A stretch of 63,981 nucleotides of DNA, filler included, from Cladosporium halotolerans (lineage: Eukaryota), in the NCBI RefSeq assembly GCF_011745625.1. It is 10 parts of 10 records of this genome, joined end to end, with 100 filler letters (N's around TTAATTAATTAA, not from the genome) between each part and the next. Parts side by side here need not be neighbours in the genome. Positions count along the whole stretch, not along the records: positions 47,218 to 53,666 come from NW_027191647.1; positions 53,767 to 60,192 come from NW_027191648.1; positions 60,293 to 63,981 come from NW_027191712.1; 7 more parts are not named here. One strand, written 5' to 3'. A program made the translations under genes and the position numbers. The notes beneath the pieces were generated by a model that did not search any database, was not told the DNA's origin, and saw only the letters and a list, made by a program, of their open reading frames with translations. Positions 50,579 through 63,229 of the stretch are shown here, in pieces; positions within the stretch are counted from its first letter, which is position 1, and each line of letters starts with the position of its first letter.

Positions 50579-52116
50579 CTAATCACTGGGCATCCCTCTT
50601 TTCAAGTTCTCATATTTGCTTCCGGGATAGTCGAGGCAATTGTCGCTGCTTTCAAGGCGACAGTCTTCTCCGCGGCTGAGTTGGGTCGCGGCAACATTAA
50701 TCAGACTTTCTTCGTCTGTGCATGGGCGATCGCCTGATGTCTCCCAGAACATAGCTCCTCCAAGTCCCATACTCTTGATGTAATCGACCTTCCGGCGCAT
50801 CACTTCGGGAGTATCGTATGAGATCATCGTCTTCGATGTTTCGTCATAAGACCATGACGTGGCGGCTTGGGCGTCTTCAAAAGCCTTCGCTCTGGGCTGT
50901 GGGAGAGCCTAACGACTAGGTCAGTGTGCTTGACTCTTGTTCTGATCATAGAAAGACATCGACGGTGACCCTCTGTCGAAGGGGATGTATGAATGGCAAA
51001 GGCCCTACCTTGTAAGTCCACACTCCAATTTCTCCGGGAATGCTTCCCTTCCAAACACCATTGAACACAGTGCCCGGCCCATCAGTATTTTGAAACGCGC
51101 GACCGTATAGCGGCATGCCTAGCACGATCTTTCCTGCAGGTACTCCTTGCCCTTTGTAGTGGACCACTGCTGCGTCAGTGTTGAAAGACGTTGCTGCCGG
51201 CGTTGAATTCGACAAGAAGATGTTGGCTTGGTGGCCGGAGACTGTATCCCACGAGCCAGCGTAGTCGTAAGCCATAAGATTCCAAAAGTCGAGGTAGAGA
51301 TCCAAGTCGCGAAAGGGTAAGTGTGGGAAGTGTTGGGGTCCGGCCGGAGAAGCAGCTGTCAACAAAAAATGTGGCTTCGATGGCAGAGAGATGGCATACT
51401 TGTCCAGCTCATGCCGGATGGCAGAAAGAAGGGCGACGAAATCAGATCCCTCCTGCGGAGTTTGTGGGTACTCCCAGTCCACGTCGAGGCCGTCGAAGGG
51501 GAGATCCTTTAGTAAGGCCACAGCAGTCTGTGCGAACTTCTCCCTACCAGCGGGTGATGAGGCAGGCGTGGCGAAATTGGAGCTGTATGACCAGCCTCCT
51601 ATCGACAGTAGGACCTTCAAGTTTCTGTTGCGTTTTTTGTGGAGATACAGTTGCTTCAGACAACCATACAGATTTCCATCTCCCTCATTCCAATAATCGT
51701 TCGGATAGTGTTTGTCAGTATCAGACCAGCTGTCTGTCAGATACACTTCCCCCGATTCCGGACGAACGTTGGCAAAAGCGTACAGCACGTGGGTAAGCTT
51801 GTCGACAGGAATATCTTGGGGCTGATGGTTGCGAGCATAAATCGCCCAATTCTGCGTCGCCGTTAGTGCACACCAAGGCCGTGCCACTGAGAAGAGAATA
51901 ACTGACGTCGTAGTATGCCACATTGCGATACATGTTGCGCTGAGAAGATTGGCCCGCCTGGGAGTCGCGGCTCACGTTGGATAGAACGGAATTTGGTGAT
52001 GTGAAGGTTTTGTCTGGAATAGGTGGCTGCGGGAGATTTGGACCGGCGGCAGAGAACGAAGACAGAAATGCGAGGACAACGAACGCTGTCGCGCGATGAA
52101 AATACGTTGAAGCCAT
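50579..52116 (-). CDS. Secreted GH18 chitinase (about 3 exons)
   Basis: Signal peptide, [26 protein letters not shown] catalytic motif, [15 protein letters not shown]. Confidence 0.95.
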
Positions 52117-52444
52117 CCCTTCGGCGTGGCTTCCACACCATCCAGAGAAATAACCAGTTTGCGGTCCAAGGAGCCCGAGCCGTTGTGTAACTTATGCGTT
52201 GGGTGCTCCAGGCCGTGAATCAACAGGTGTACAAATAACGGAAGTCGGAGCCCGCAGCTTAGCCAGTCAGCAGAATCTTAAGCTGGACCTCGAAAGGATA
52301 AGGTGCTGGCCAACCGTCGCGACATGGCCATTGCGATCTGTTTCACTGCAGTACACGAGTCGACCTACTATATGCCGCAGTAAGTCACGGCATGCTCCTC
52401 GACCAGACAATGAGGACATATCATCATTCCTCAATACGAAGCTA

Positions 52445-53666
52445 CTATAGAATAGAGCGTTTCTTTGACATGGCTCTCAAGAGGGAACTCTCATGGACCA
52501 CGACATGGCCGAATTTGTCTAGCTCGGAGGCGGGCTTATTCTCGTTTGCCCACCGCGTTCCCATGTTATCAGTGTCACCATTCATCATTGCTACCATTGA
52601 GGACGGGACATCATGCACCAAAGATTGATCGGGTCGAAATCTAAGACCGGCATGTATGATCTCAATCATCAAAAGACCTCTTAGACGTGCGCGTTCGCTT
52701 AGTCGCAAGCGTGCGGAACGGAGGAGCTGTTCGAGCCGCTGGGCTTCGTCTTGCGCTTTGTCCTTGTGCATTCTGGAACAGACTCTGTCAGAGCGTACGG
52801 TACAAGTCCCTCGCCAGATACTCGCTGGATTCGCGAGCAAATTTGCACAGACTGAAGGGAGCGAGATGTCGAACTCCACCAGTCTTGGCAGGGCGTTGAG
52901 GATAATACAATTGTGCGCCTCCTCATCAGCCGAAAGGTGCCAGACCTTATCCGTCGCAAGAGGTAGCGGCCTATACTCCAGGAGATGTAAAGATTGGTCC
53001 GAAGCCTTTGCGACAGCCATGACGCCATGGACCGTGATAGTTGAGCTTCCGGTGACTTGGAGACTTTCTAGATTTGCGGCGGTCTTCGCGATGGCCAAAA
53101 GATCATTGTCGATCACTGGAGACACTTGCGTATCACCCGATAGTCGAAGTCGTCGGAGCCGACGAAAACTTACGCGTGGGTCTCTGAGAGGGTCTGATAC
53201 GTTCGTTCGATCCAGTTGGTGAACCTCATCCGCGGTCAAGTGCGAGCTTCGAACCTCTAGCGATCGAAGCGCTCTGTCATCGGAGGTTGTTGATTTGAGC
53301 AAGTTCGCCCAGTGTTCTGGGCGTCCGCGTCGGAGCACTGTCCAAGGAATGGTTAAGATCTCCAAGTTGGGGCAAGACTGTGCGATTGAAAGAATCCAAC
53401 CGTCGGTCGTGATGGTGTGGAAGCCATCAAACCACAGACGCCGCACATGCTGCGAGACCGCAGAGGAGTGGGTCAGGAGCTCGTACGTCTTTCTCAAGTT
53501 GAGGTGGGGATCGCGTTTCACAAATGTCCCTCTTGGAGCATCAACCAGCTCGTACAGCGGATAATTGGCGCGGCAGGAAGTCAAGTCGGCCCAGCGTTCG
53601 TTACCCACAGGGCGTTGCTCGCGGATGTGCTGAAAGGTGTGGCAGACAACCCAGCTGCCCCATCCA
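52445..53666 (-). CDS. F-box/LRR-like protein, 5' partial
   Basis: VRRLWFDG, CPNLEILTIPW, LRSLE, LRRLRLSGD and LESLQV leucine-rich repeats. Confidence 0.6.
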
Positions 53667-53766
53667 NNNNNNNNNNNNNNNNNNNNNNNNNNNNNNNNNN
53701 NNNNNNNNNNTTAATTAATTAANNNNNNNNNNNNNNNNNNNNNNNNNNNNNNNNNNNNNNNNNNNN

Positions 53767-54575
53767 TTTTTGATCGCGCTTCCGGTCGCCCTACACGCTG
53801 CCTCGATGGCGTTCTCCTCTTCGTTGACTACCTGCCGGCCCTCTTCGTCGGCTTCTCGCTGCGGTGCTGCGTTCAAGCTCGCTCTGAGCTTTTCTTTCTC
53901 AAAGCCGCTTAGATGTGACGCCCAGCCCGTGGGGTCCAGCCACGGGTCCATCGCAGACCTGACGTCGCTGACACCTACTTCTCTTTGGCGATGGAGCTCT
54001 TGCAATTTGCTCTTCAATTCATCCGTAGCTCCGTCTGCCAGTTTTTGCGCCCTCGTGTCAGCCTCGAAGTCGTGATGGCTGCTCTGTACATGCGGCACCG
54101 CCTGCAACACTTTGAAGAGTTTGGTCCACTGCGCATATTTGAAGAACCTCTGACAGTAGTGCCCCTCTGTAAACGGCTGATTTCTGGCAGCCTGACTCCT
54201 AAAGCTTCCTCGCCCTCCTCTGGATTTTGTGCTACTCCAATTATGTTCTTTCCTACAGTGTGCCTCGATGCCTTTTCTATTCTCCCGGAGTAACCCGCAC
54301 TCTTTACACTCAAAGCATTGCTCTATGACTGGGCCGAGCTCCCGGACCGCATCTTGTACGGCGACGGGATAGATGACGTCTTCTGTCCTATACGCAACGT
54401 GATCGAGCCTACCCACCTGCTCGACGATGTTCTTCCTCGTACTCGCCGTGAGCGTCTGGTGGTTTTGGTTGAGATGCGCTTTTATCTGGTCGGGGACCAC
54501 CGCAAACTTGCAATCTCTACAAACGATAATCCGAAAATTTGGGAAGTGTGTAAATAATTCTTCAAAAGCGTTCAT
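53767..54575 (-). CDS. N-terminal DUF3505-like region of another TLH-family gene (partial at the gap)
   Basis: MNAFEELFTH..IVCRDCKFAV..HL..H, CKEC..HCRKEH, CQRFF and DPWLDPTGW, all homologous to the protein at 98-3666. Confidence 0.85.
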
Positions 54576-55134
54576 CTTGACATACTGCCGTTGTCGCTAA
54601 AGTATGTGTATGTTTATCTTTTGCCTGTTATTTCTAGCTGGCAATCTTGCTTGAGTTCAGCTGCACGCCCCCTGTCGCAAAATTTTCATGATCCCGGTCG
54701 TTGCGACGACATCGCAGTGATGTCCTGGACAAGCTGGGATCTGGGCTATATTGATAGATGTTTGGGAAGCGAGATACAGCTTTGTCGCATCTTTATCAGT
54801 ATGTTCTTATTCGTCATCTCTTTCCCGAGCGTCCAGCCACTGCCGCTTGCGACGGACCCTTCTATCTAGCCGGACTGCAATTATGCCCGCTGACCCTAAC
54901 CCTAAGCTTCCGAGCTGGAACTTCAAGCCAGAATGCCCAAATTTTCAACTTCCGATAGCGTTACACCATAACCTTTTCATGGTCTGATATGAAAATCTGT
55001 CGAGTAAAGTGTACCTCAAAGAGAGTTTGTTCAAACTTGAGCAAAATGCGACCGGTACTTTTCATTACTTCTGCCCCCGATTTATCATGGAATCTGCCCC
55101 TTCTGCCAAATTTGGTGGCCCGTGCTTCCCATAG

Positions 55135-57777
55135 TTACATTTTCGTAGAATTGACATCGTGCCTTGCTTTCTTGATCGATGATTGTGTGCGATTCGTTAT
55201 ATCACTCAACGGGCGCTTTCGAGAAGGGAGAGAGCTTGGCGTGAAACCCAGGAATTCATGCCATTCGCGGCTGACCTTGCGATATTCTGTCTTCCTCGCC
55301 TCAACATGCCCTGCAGCCTCTTCGAGAGCTCGAGCGTAGGTCGTACCTGCGGTCCAAGATGTATGGGAACCTTGTCTGTCAGATATCGACTCTTCAATTC
55401 CATAATCACGCTTGAAGCCGCCACACTGAAGGTATTTACGTGAAATCGCGACAGCCAGATGTCTGTATACGGGAATGTTGAGAGCCACACCAAGTGGTGC
55501 CTTTGTCTCCCGTTGAAGCCTTCGACTGAGTCTTTCGCTATCCCATGGATCATGAGACCCTGATTTTGACCACAAGAACGGCGAAGGCGGATCGCTCTTG
55601 CGCAAGACTAGCATCTCTAGCTTCCTGCAAAAGGGTTGTACGAGCCAGAGATAATACACGAGCAGTTCACCAACCTCCTTAGGTAGGAAGCGATGGATTA
55701 TCTTGGTGTTTCCAGTAGTGCTGTAGCCTTTATGGTAGGTCGTTACTGTATTCACCACCCCACCGTCAACAAACACACTTCTATGGTGACCATGCAGAGT
55801 GTTGGCAGGCCGTAGACTCAGAATCTCAGTGCCACGGGCTGGCTGACCCGATGTTAGGTGCATGAGCAATAGTAGGTGCTCGAGAAACAAGTCGAAATTT
55901 GCCAAATAGTGCTGAAAGTTCTTTTGGCTCCGCTTGGGTTGCTGCCTTGTACCTCCTGAACACATAAATTCGTCTCGCAACCACGGCGTGTTCAACACTC
56001 GCTCTAGGAGCCAAGTATCACGATGCGGTAGCTCCTTGCTAAGGTTCCCAGAATGATGCAGGAAGTTCCATCCTTTCTCATTTTCGGTAGGGTTGTCGAT
56101 AATGCGATGCATCTGGAATTGGATTCCCAGGTCCTCACGCTTCTCTTCAGGGTGGAGTAATAGAAGACCGCCAAGCTGAGACTGGGCTTTGTGGACCGAG
56201 GCTCGAACGAAACTGCGGAAAGAACCGATGTGGATGTTGCATATTCCTTTGTAAAAGACGGTGCGCTCATCGTCCGACCATGAGATGTAGCCTAGGCATG
56301 TTGTTGAATCCCGGACTTTCTTGCTGTACACTCGTAGTCTGCTAGCCCAGCTGAAAGGCGATCGCGTTCCACTTGTCAAGAAGCGCTCTCGCATTTCGTC
56401 AAGGAGATCGGCTGGTCTTGCGCCCCCGTCTGCTCGAGCACCAATGACGGCTTTTTGGATGACCAACATCTGTGCAATCTTGATGAAACCAGAAAGGTTG
56501 GGTGTGAAGTGATAGGCTTCCTTGAGTATACCTTTTCCAGCGTCAATCGCTAAGACGGCAAAGAAAGCTATGATCGTGCTCTCAAAAAGGTCGCCAGTGA
56601 CATCATGGTCCAGCAGTGAAATGCACAGCGCAAGACACGCGTGATCAAGGTCATTCCTTGCACGCCTCAAACTCGTGGCAATCTGCCCATCTGTGTCTGC
56701 TCTGCCAGTAGACAACCGAACCAGTTGTTCTCCGCTCTCGATAGTGTCCTCAAGACAGGCCGACTGTCGCACATTGAGCTGATGGCGGAGCAAAATCCGT
56801 TGACCCTGTCGGGTGGTACGGTAAGCGAAGTATAGAAGAGCCTTCCAAATCTTGATGTATTGCCGCCATGTTGACTTTTGTAGCTTCACAAACAATGGCC
56901 TGTCAGTCGCGCGTGGTCAATGAAGGAAACTGTTGATATGTATCTGGTCGAAGGCATTGATGCTATCACTGCAGACCGAATTGTAAGCGTCATCGACCAG
57001 ACGCTCAAGACTGTCTCCGAGGGCGACTAACACGGGCTCAAATTGTTCATTCGGCTGGTCCAGCAGTACTGCGACATCTTTCAACTTGTACCCATGTAGG
57101 TATGAGGGCCAACGCGTTAGCTGCAGCCAAGGGGAAACTTCCTTTAGGCTTGGATCGTCAGACACTACCTCGGCGCGTTCACGCTGCACTCTCTCAAGGA
57201 CTGCAAGGTCCTGTAAAACAGCAGTAACCAGGGTATCAGGGCCAGATGGTTCAAATCGAGCTTCTGAACTCTGGCGAATGCGTGCCGGGCGCACCTCAAA
57301 GTACCCGGCGTGTTGTCCCGAGGCGAAGAACCGCTGACAACGCACAGGTGTCCATGCGTCGACTTGTCTCTGCGACATAGCTTCCACAACACCTGGCGCT
57401 CTGGAGCCCCCTCTTCCCCCAGCCACACTCCATGTATGCACATCTCGCCAATGCTTCTTCATCACTTTGATGTTGCGGCAGATGAACATACAGTCCCCAT
57501 GATCCAGCTGGCACCGCTTTCCGTCAGTGAAGATAGACAATCCTGCAATGGGTTCATTAAGGTCCTGTGGCAGTTCGATCCGCCCACCAAAGCGGACAAT
57601 ACCTGGCCAGCCGTGAACCCCCTGGACGATTCGCGCCCTTTCCTTTGCAGTCAGGCCTTTGTGGATATCCCTAAGATGGGCGCGGACTCGATCTGGCCAG
57701 ACGGCATAGCAGCAAGACTTACAGACAGCAATCTTGTGATCTGAAACATACAGAAACACCTCTGCCGCAGTCGTCAT
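55135..57777 (-). pseudogene. DUF3505-like plus putative tyrosine-recombinase-like protein without a helicase domain; one in-frame TGA at 56917-56919
   Basis: The two ORFs share a frame (HINSFLH*PRATDRPLFVK). SPWLQLTRW, GQPARGTEIL, TYHKG, YRH, GSH..TYAR. Ends in a basic tail. Confidence 0.85.
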
Positions 57778-58874
57778 GTCTTCGCTTAACGTTAGTCTTG
57801 TATCAGCAGGCTGGAATGAGGGGGCGAAGGATTGTTTGATACGAATGTCAACACCGCTTTAGAGCTTTACGTCGAGCACTTTCACGCGGGCGCGAGAAGG
57901 TCGCGTCGCGCGTGAAAACCGCGCAAAATCATCTCGAGCAGCGTCAATCTTCGCACTATTGTATCATATAGATTGAAAGGATGACTGAAGGTGCGGGGAT
58001 GGACGGGCGGGACAGAAAGAAAGCGCGGCAAGCGCCGCGGGGCAGGGGTTCCAAAGAACGCGACCCGCGTTCCTTGCGCTATACTACTTAGGATTGTGGA
58101 TAGGCTGGGGAACGCACCTGTAAACAGAGCTTGCGAGGGTTTGTTGTGGGGCATACCCTTGTCTTCGACGCCTGACGAGACGGAAAGGCGTAGCTATCAC
58201 CATTTCACTGTCGCACCATTGTATCATGTATGCATTTGATATCTCGCATGCATCGAGAACTGATTTAGAGCTTTCACATATACAAGGTTTGGCCAAATTC
58301 GAGCCTGTTTTAGCAAAGGAATCGACTCTTCTCTTTTCACCCTTACCCTAATCTCTCACCTGTTTTCGAAGGAATCGAGTCGATTCTTTCGGATACTATT
58401 GGAGAGTCGATTCCTCTGTGGATACTACTCAAACATGGTGTTCGAGTGCTAGTGGACTCTAGCTCGATCTCCGTTCGCCTACTCTTCTAGTGGATGCTCT
58501 TAGAAGTGAGCGCGACTATCTTCTCGGGGTGGTACCTCGTAGCGTTTGGCTGTATGGTCCCTTGCTTACCTGGCATGAGTCTGCCATTCTAGAGCTGATG
58601 TTCTTTACCGAAGAATTCGTGGATTCGATACCTTCGATTCAGGACTCGCTCACACTCGGCTGGATGTGGCCGCGTAGGAGGGTGAGAGAGTTGGCGTGCG
58701 TGCTGCGTGCGTTTGACCTGTCATCACGAGGCGTGCACATACCCCCGGAAGTGAGGTGTCGACCGGGTCAAGGGAGGCGAACGTGCCCTGGATTGGGTTG
58801 TATCGGCTTCTGATCGAACCGACGGGAACTCGAGCCTTACACTTGAGATAACTGTGTCGCCTGGCGGCGTTGAA

Positions 58875-59361
58875 CAGTGAAGTTATTGGTTCGGTTGGTT
58901 ATGGTTTTGACCTAAAAACCGAACCAACCAGCTCACAAGAATATGCGAACCAAAATAACCAATGGAAACCACTTCCCAAATAGGCAACTATCGCAAATGT
59001 TGTATAGTGCTTGTGTACGGCGACAGCGCGCTCAGCTATCGTACACTTGACGTTTAGAAAGACTTTCGGAAGCCTTGAGCATTAAAAAGTCCTTGAGAAT
59101 GGGGTGAATGTGCAATGAAGCGCAAACACGCGCCGATGCACCCACTGAAGTACGCGCTCTTAGCCCGATTCGGAAGTAAACAAGCTTCCGGTTAGCCTAT
59201 ATAGGAAAGTCGTATGATGTCACTGACCTGTTGGTTAACCATTGGAAACCAGCAGGTCAAAACCGAACCAACCAGATCAGCGTCAGAGGAGGAACCAAAA
59301 CCAACCAAACCAAACCGGTTCGACCAAATGAACCAAATGAACCGAACCAATACCTTCACTG
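58875..59361 (+). mobile_element. Non-autonomous hAT-type element (MITE), 487 bp
   Basis: TIRs CAGTGAAG(T/G)TATTGGTTCGGTT match at 21 of 22 positions. 8-bp TSD GCGTTGAA at 58867-58874 and 59362-59369. Subterminal AACC/GGTT repeats. Confidence 0.95.
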
Positions 59362-59829
59362 GCGTTGAATGCAGGTTCCATCGGTTGGAATTGTCTTGCG
59401 TGGATTCGTTAAGGCTCTTTGCTAGAGAAGACATTGTTCGTGCCACCGCAGGCGTAGGCAGTCGGCTGCCACTCGATCGAACGATGTCTGATCTAGAGGT
59501 GGGAGTGAAACCTGATGGCAGGATACCGGCCAACGCTGTCTGTCCATGGGACGTGTTTTCGGTGGATATATCGTTAGGAAGGACCATGGGAATCATCGAT
59601 GGGCTCGTCGGGTGCCCGCGAAGGATATACGTGATCCATCCTCTGCTAGCATGGTGGCACATGAAAGGGGAATGGTTTATCCGATACCCAGCCCGATCCG
59701 ACTGACTTGATCGGTCAGAGGAGATGTGCATGGATTTGCCTCTCGTCTCTGCAGTTTGACCTTCAATGTATGTAGCTTGCTATTGTTTGCGTCTGCTAGC
59801 TTACATAGCACTCTAATGTGAACCCCTGA

Positions 59830-60192
59830 CCCTAAAGTAAAGTAAAGTAAGTAAAAGTTTTGACTTAGTCGAGGTTTTATAACCCTGAGATTTGTATAGG
59901 GTTTTAAAGGCTTCGACTTAAAGCCTTTGTCTTCTACTAGTAGATTTATTTATCTTCTATCAGTAGAAGTAGATTAGTTTATAAGTAAGATATATCCGAC
60001 TAGATCTCGTAGCTAATACTATTACTAAAAATAATAGCGTACATTAGCTACATTATAAGCATATGTAAAGAAAACAATGCTACAAAGTATATGATATATA
60101 GAAGAACTTATCTACTAACAAAGAAGTCGAAGCTTTTATCCTATACCTTAGCCTAGAAGTTCTACAGTCGAAAATGATCTCTAATTTTACCG
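59830..60192. repeat. AT-rich, TpA-enriched RIP-like relic starting with a (TAAAG)n run
   Basis: Abrupt composition shift, many TA dinucleotides, few CA/TG. Confidence 0.65.
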
Positions 60193-60468
60193 NNNNNNNN
60201 NNNNNNNNNNNNNNNNNNNNNNNNNNNNNNNNNNNNTTAATTAATTAANNNNNNNNNNNNNNNNNNNNNNNNNNNNNNNNNNNNNNNNNNNNGATTCACC
60301 GGCATCTCTGCCAGCCCTTGAGCAAGCGCAGGCGTTGGCGTGTTGGCCTTGACAGTGACATCGGCGCCAAAAGCTACAGTACGTTCCTAATCTAACGTTA
60401 CTCGTTTCCCTGCTCGTACATGCGAGACCGTGAGTCCATGCTGTTCCACATAGTTGCCCAACAGCCAC

Positions 60469-62175
60469 TCAGAACACGTTGGCGAAGCCTGGGGACACGC
60501 AGCCCGGGCTCGAGAAGACCCTACCCTTGTGCAAAAGGCATTCCGGATCGTATTTTTGTTTCACCGACGCCAGGCGAGCTGTGTTATGACCCCAGACCTC
60601 CTCGCCTTTGGCGTGTGGTTTGATGTAATTTGGGTAGTCGTAAGGCGCGCCGAGGCCACGCACGCTTGAGCTTGAGCCGGGGTTGCGATTATGTGACCCA
60701 ACTGTGGTCGCTTCTCGGCGGGCCAGACTGTACAAGACCTCGTTGAAAGCTTCCACTACACTATCCGATGAGGCTCTGTGCCAGCCAGGGTCGAAGAGAG
60801 TTTGATGCCCAGCAACGCTGTGCGGCCACGCCGTGTCAGCATCCGACGCAGGTAGATGTCCATTCAGCCCGGGGAGCATGTACTGCAGTACCCAGGTCGA
60901 GGTCGAGGGCGTTTCTCCTCTGGTCAGCATGGCATCAATGTAATCCCGAAAGGAGTCGTCGACGGCGCTCAGGTATGTCTCGGTGACGTTTATCACCTGT
61001 GGACCCCAAAAGCCGCGGCGGTAGCCGGCCGGAAAGAAGCTGTCGCTGAGTGTAGTGAGGTCCGCAAATGGGACGGTGTACGATAAGCTTGAATCCAACG
61101 ACAGGCCGGAAAAGAGCGTGCGAAAGGTATTTTCTGGCTGCTCGTGAGCTCCGTGCGGCTGTTCGGGCTCTTCAAACCTGTTACTGTCAGTTCTGTGGAA
61201 ACAACTTTGTCTGACTCGATCCGCTCACCGCAACGTCACCATCAGTCGAGTGACTCGGAATCCCATCTCTTCTTCCCTTGCGTGCGGCCAGCCTATCGGG
61301 AGATATGCCAGGGCGTAATACATCAGGCTGAAAGGATCGGTGTGCCGCGCGAAGAACACCTCTGTGTTGCGGAAGCTCTGTGTCACAGAGCCATTGCCGA
61401 CGACGTGAAAGCCAACCTTGACGTTTTTCGGGGTGCGGAAAGCCTTTTGATAGAACTTGGTGACTATACCGAACTGCCCGGATCCACCTTGGATCGCCCA
61501 GAAGAGATCGGAATGTTTGTTTTTTTTCGTCGCAATCACGATCTCACCGGATGGGAGCACCACCTCCAGCGCCACCAGTCGATCGATGGCGTAGCCGTAT
61601 GCGTTTGCCATAAATCCTATGCCGCCGCCGGTGGAGAACCCGCCCATGCCTACGGAGCTTGCTCGCGCCGTTACTGCTGTCCAGTCACTGCCATTCACGG
61701 CTGATTGTAACCCAAAGGAGGTGACTCCCCCTTCGTACATGACGACGGTGATACCACGCTGAGTCATCGGATCCGTGAAGTTGTGGAGTACGGTTGTGTG
61801 GTTCAGTCGCTTCAAGTCGATGACCAGCCCACGCGAAGAAGAGGCTCCAGTAAGCGAGTGACCTCCACTCACGAATGCGTAGTCTCTCCCGAGTGGCGTC
61901 TTCATCGTTGCTTGGACAGCAAGGCTGACATCCTCGCTACTTGCTGGCATGACAACTACCGAAGCGTCGTTGACAAGCTGCGCCGCCCAGTATCTGCCTG
62001 TGCTGTCTGCCGTCTGGCGGTTCTGCCGGCATGTGATTGTCGAGTCTTCACTAAGCCTTGAGCTCAGCCACTGCAAGCCGGCATCCTCATCGACGCAGAG
62101 TCTACTTCGATTGGTTCGTGCAATGGTGAAGAGAGAAAAGTAGAGAGAAAGGGATAACACGAGAATTAGTCGCAT
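60469..62175 (-). CDS. Secreted FAD-linked oxidoreductase (berberine-bridge-like), one intron near 61178-61229
   Basis: Signal peptide, VSGGHS, VGMGGFSTGGGIG, DLFWAIQGG.GQFGIVT, YPNY..WG.N..RL..VKQKYDP. A GTGAGC..CTGAC..AG intron restores the frame. Confidence 0.88.
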
Positions 62176-62444
62176 GGTCGAAACGGTTTTTCGCAACATC
62201 GGAGGCGGCCTGGTTGACGAATCGAGGTGTCTAGATGTAAGGATGGTCGAGCCTGGCTGAGACGCGATGCGGAGATTTCTGGAGGTTGCAGGAAAGCGCC
62301 GCTGGGGAGTTGCCTGTGAATTTAAGTCCTGATGGCGGAGAGCAAGTGACCGTCGGCCACTGCCAAGGTCTCATTGCCTGCCCATCTTCGGGGCCTGCGC
62401 CTTGGGGCTCTACAGACAAGAAGCCCCACCGCTAACGCAATACT

Positions 62445-63025
62445 GTGGGATTTGTATTCGGAGAGCTCCTCCAGGCAAGCATCACGCAACTCGGCATCTC
62501 TTTCGCGCGCGCTACCCTCTGCGTCTTCTTTGCCGACCAGTCGCAGGCCTTTAGCGACCTTCGAATGCTGTCTTCGGAACCTCTGAGTTCGAGCTCATCC
62601 CAGATGAAATCTACAATCTCATCGAGATACAGTACAAGTCCGGTTTGATTAGTACTTTGTTGAGCAGCGCATCCAGGATATGTGGAAGCATACTGGGACA
62701 CCGTCCGCCAGTAAATTTGGGCGCACGTGGTGTACCAAACACCTGCATGCATGTTGGCGCGGACTCTGCAAACGGTGCGCATACTGCAAAGCAAGCGATA
62801 TGGGCAATGTCCGTATCGCGAAACGACTTTGATTGAATCATGTCATACAGTTGGGCTCTTTGGGACTGTGCGAGGCGCTGCGCCGTGGTCCATGCAGGAA
62901 GGATCACCGGGGCTTGTAGGAGCGGCTGCAGTAGTCATTTTCGGAGCAAACCAGAACAAGGTTTGCGAGACAAGCCTTCGAAACGTTAAATGTGTTATTC
63001 AAGTCGATATAGGAATCCGGTACTG
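62445..63025 (-). mobile_element. Second copy of the Tc1/mariner remnant
   Basis: Paralogous to 9580-10161. Confidence 0.6.
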
Positions 63026-63229
63026 TATCATCACTGACACAAGCCACCCATATCACTCACGGCAGCGAGCGCCTGTGTCAAGCCTTGAAGATGCAGCCAA
63101 GCTGCGAAGAGAACAAGGAGATGGAAAATTTGATGGCTCGAACCCCACACGTCGAAGCGACGCGGCCATTTTCGTTCTGGGAGCTGACAGATTTAGTGGG
63201 TCGGTGAAGTGTCGAGGAGCCCGGTGACA

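Noticed and set aside
58875..59361. AACC/GGTT and TGATT repeats as CRISPR-like or telomeric arrays
   Set aside because: No repeat-spacer periodicity. They are subterminal motifs of TIR transposons.
7090..60292. Regularly spaced TTAATTAATTAA motifs every ~6.5 kb
   Set aside because: Assembly spacers embedded in N runs, with contigs sorted by length. Not biological.
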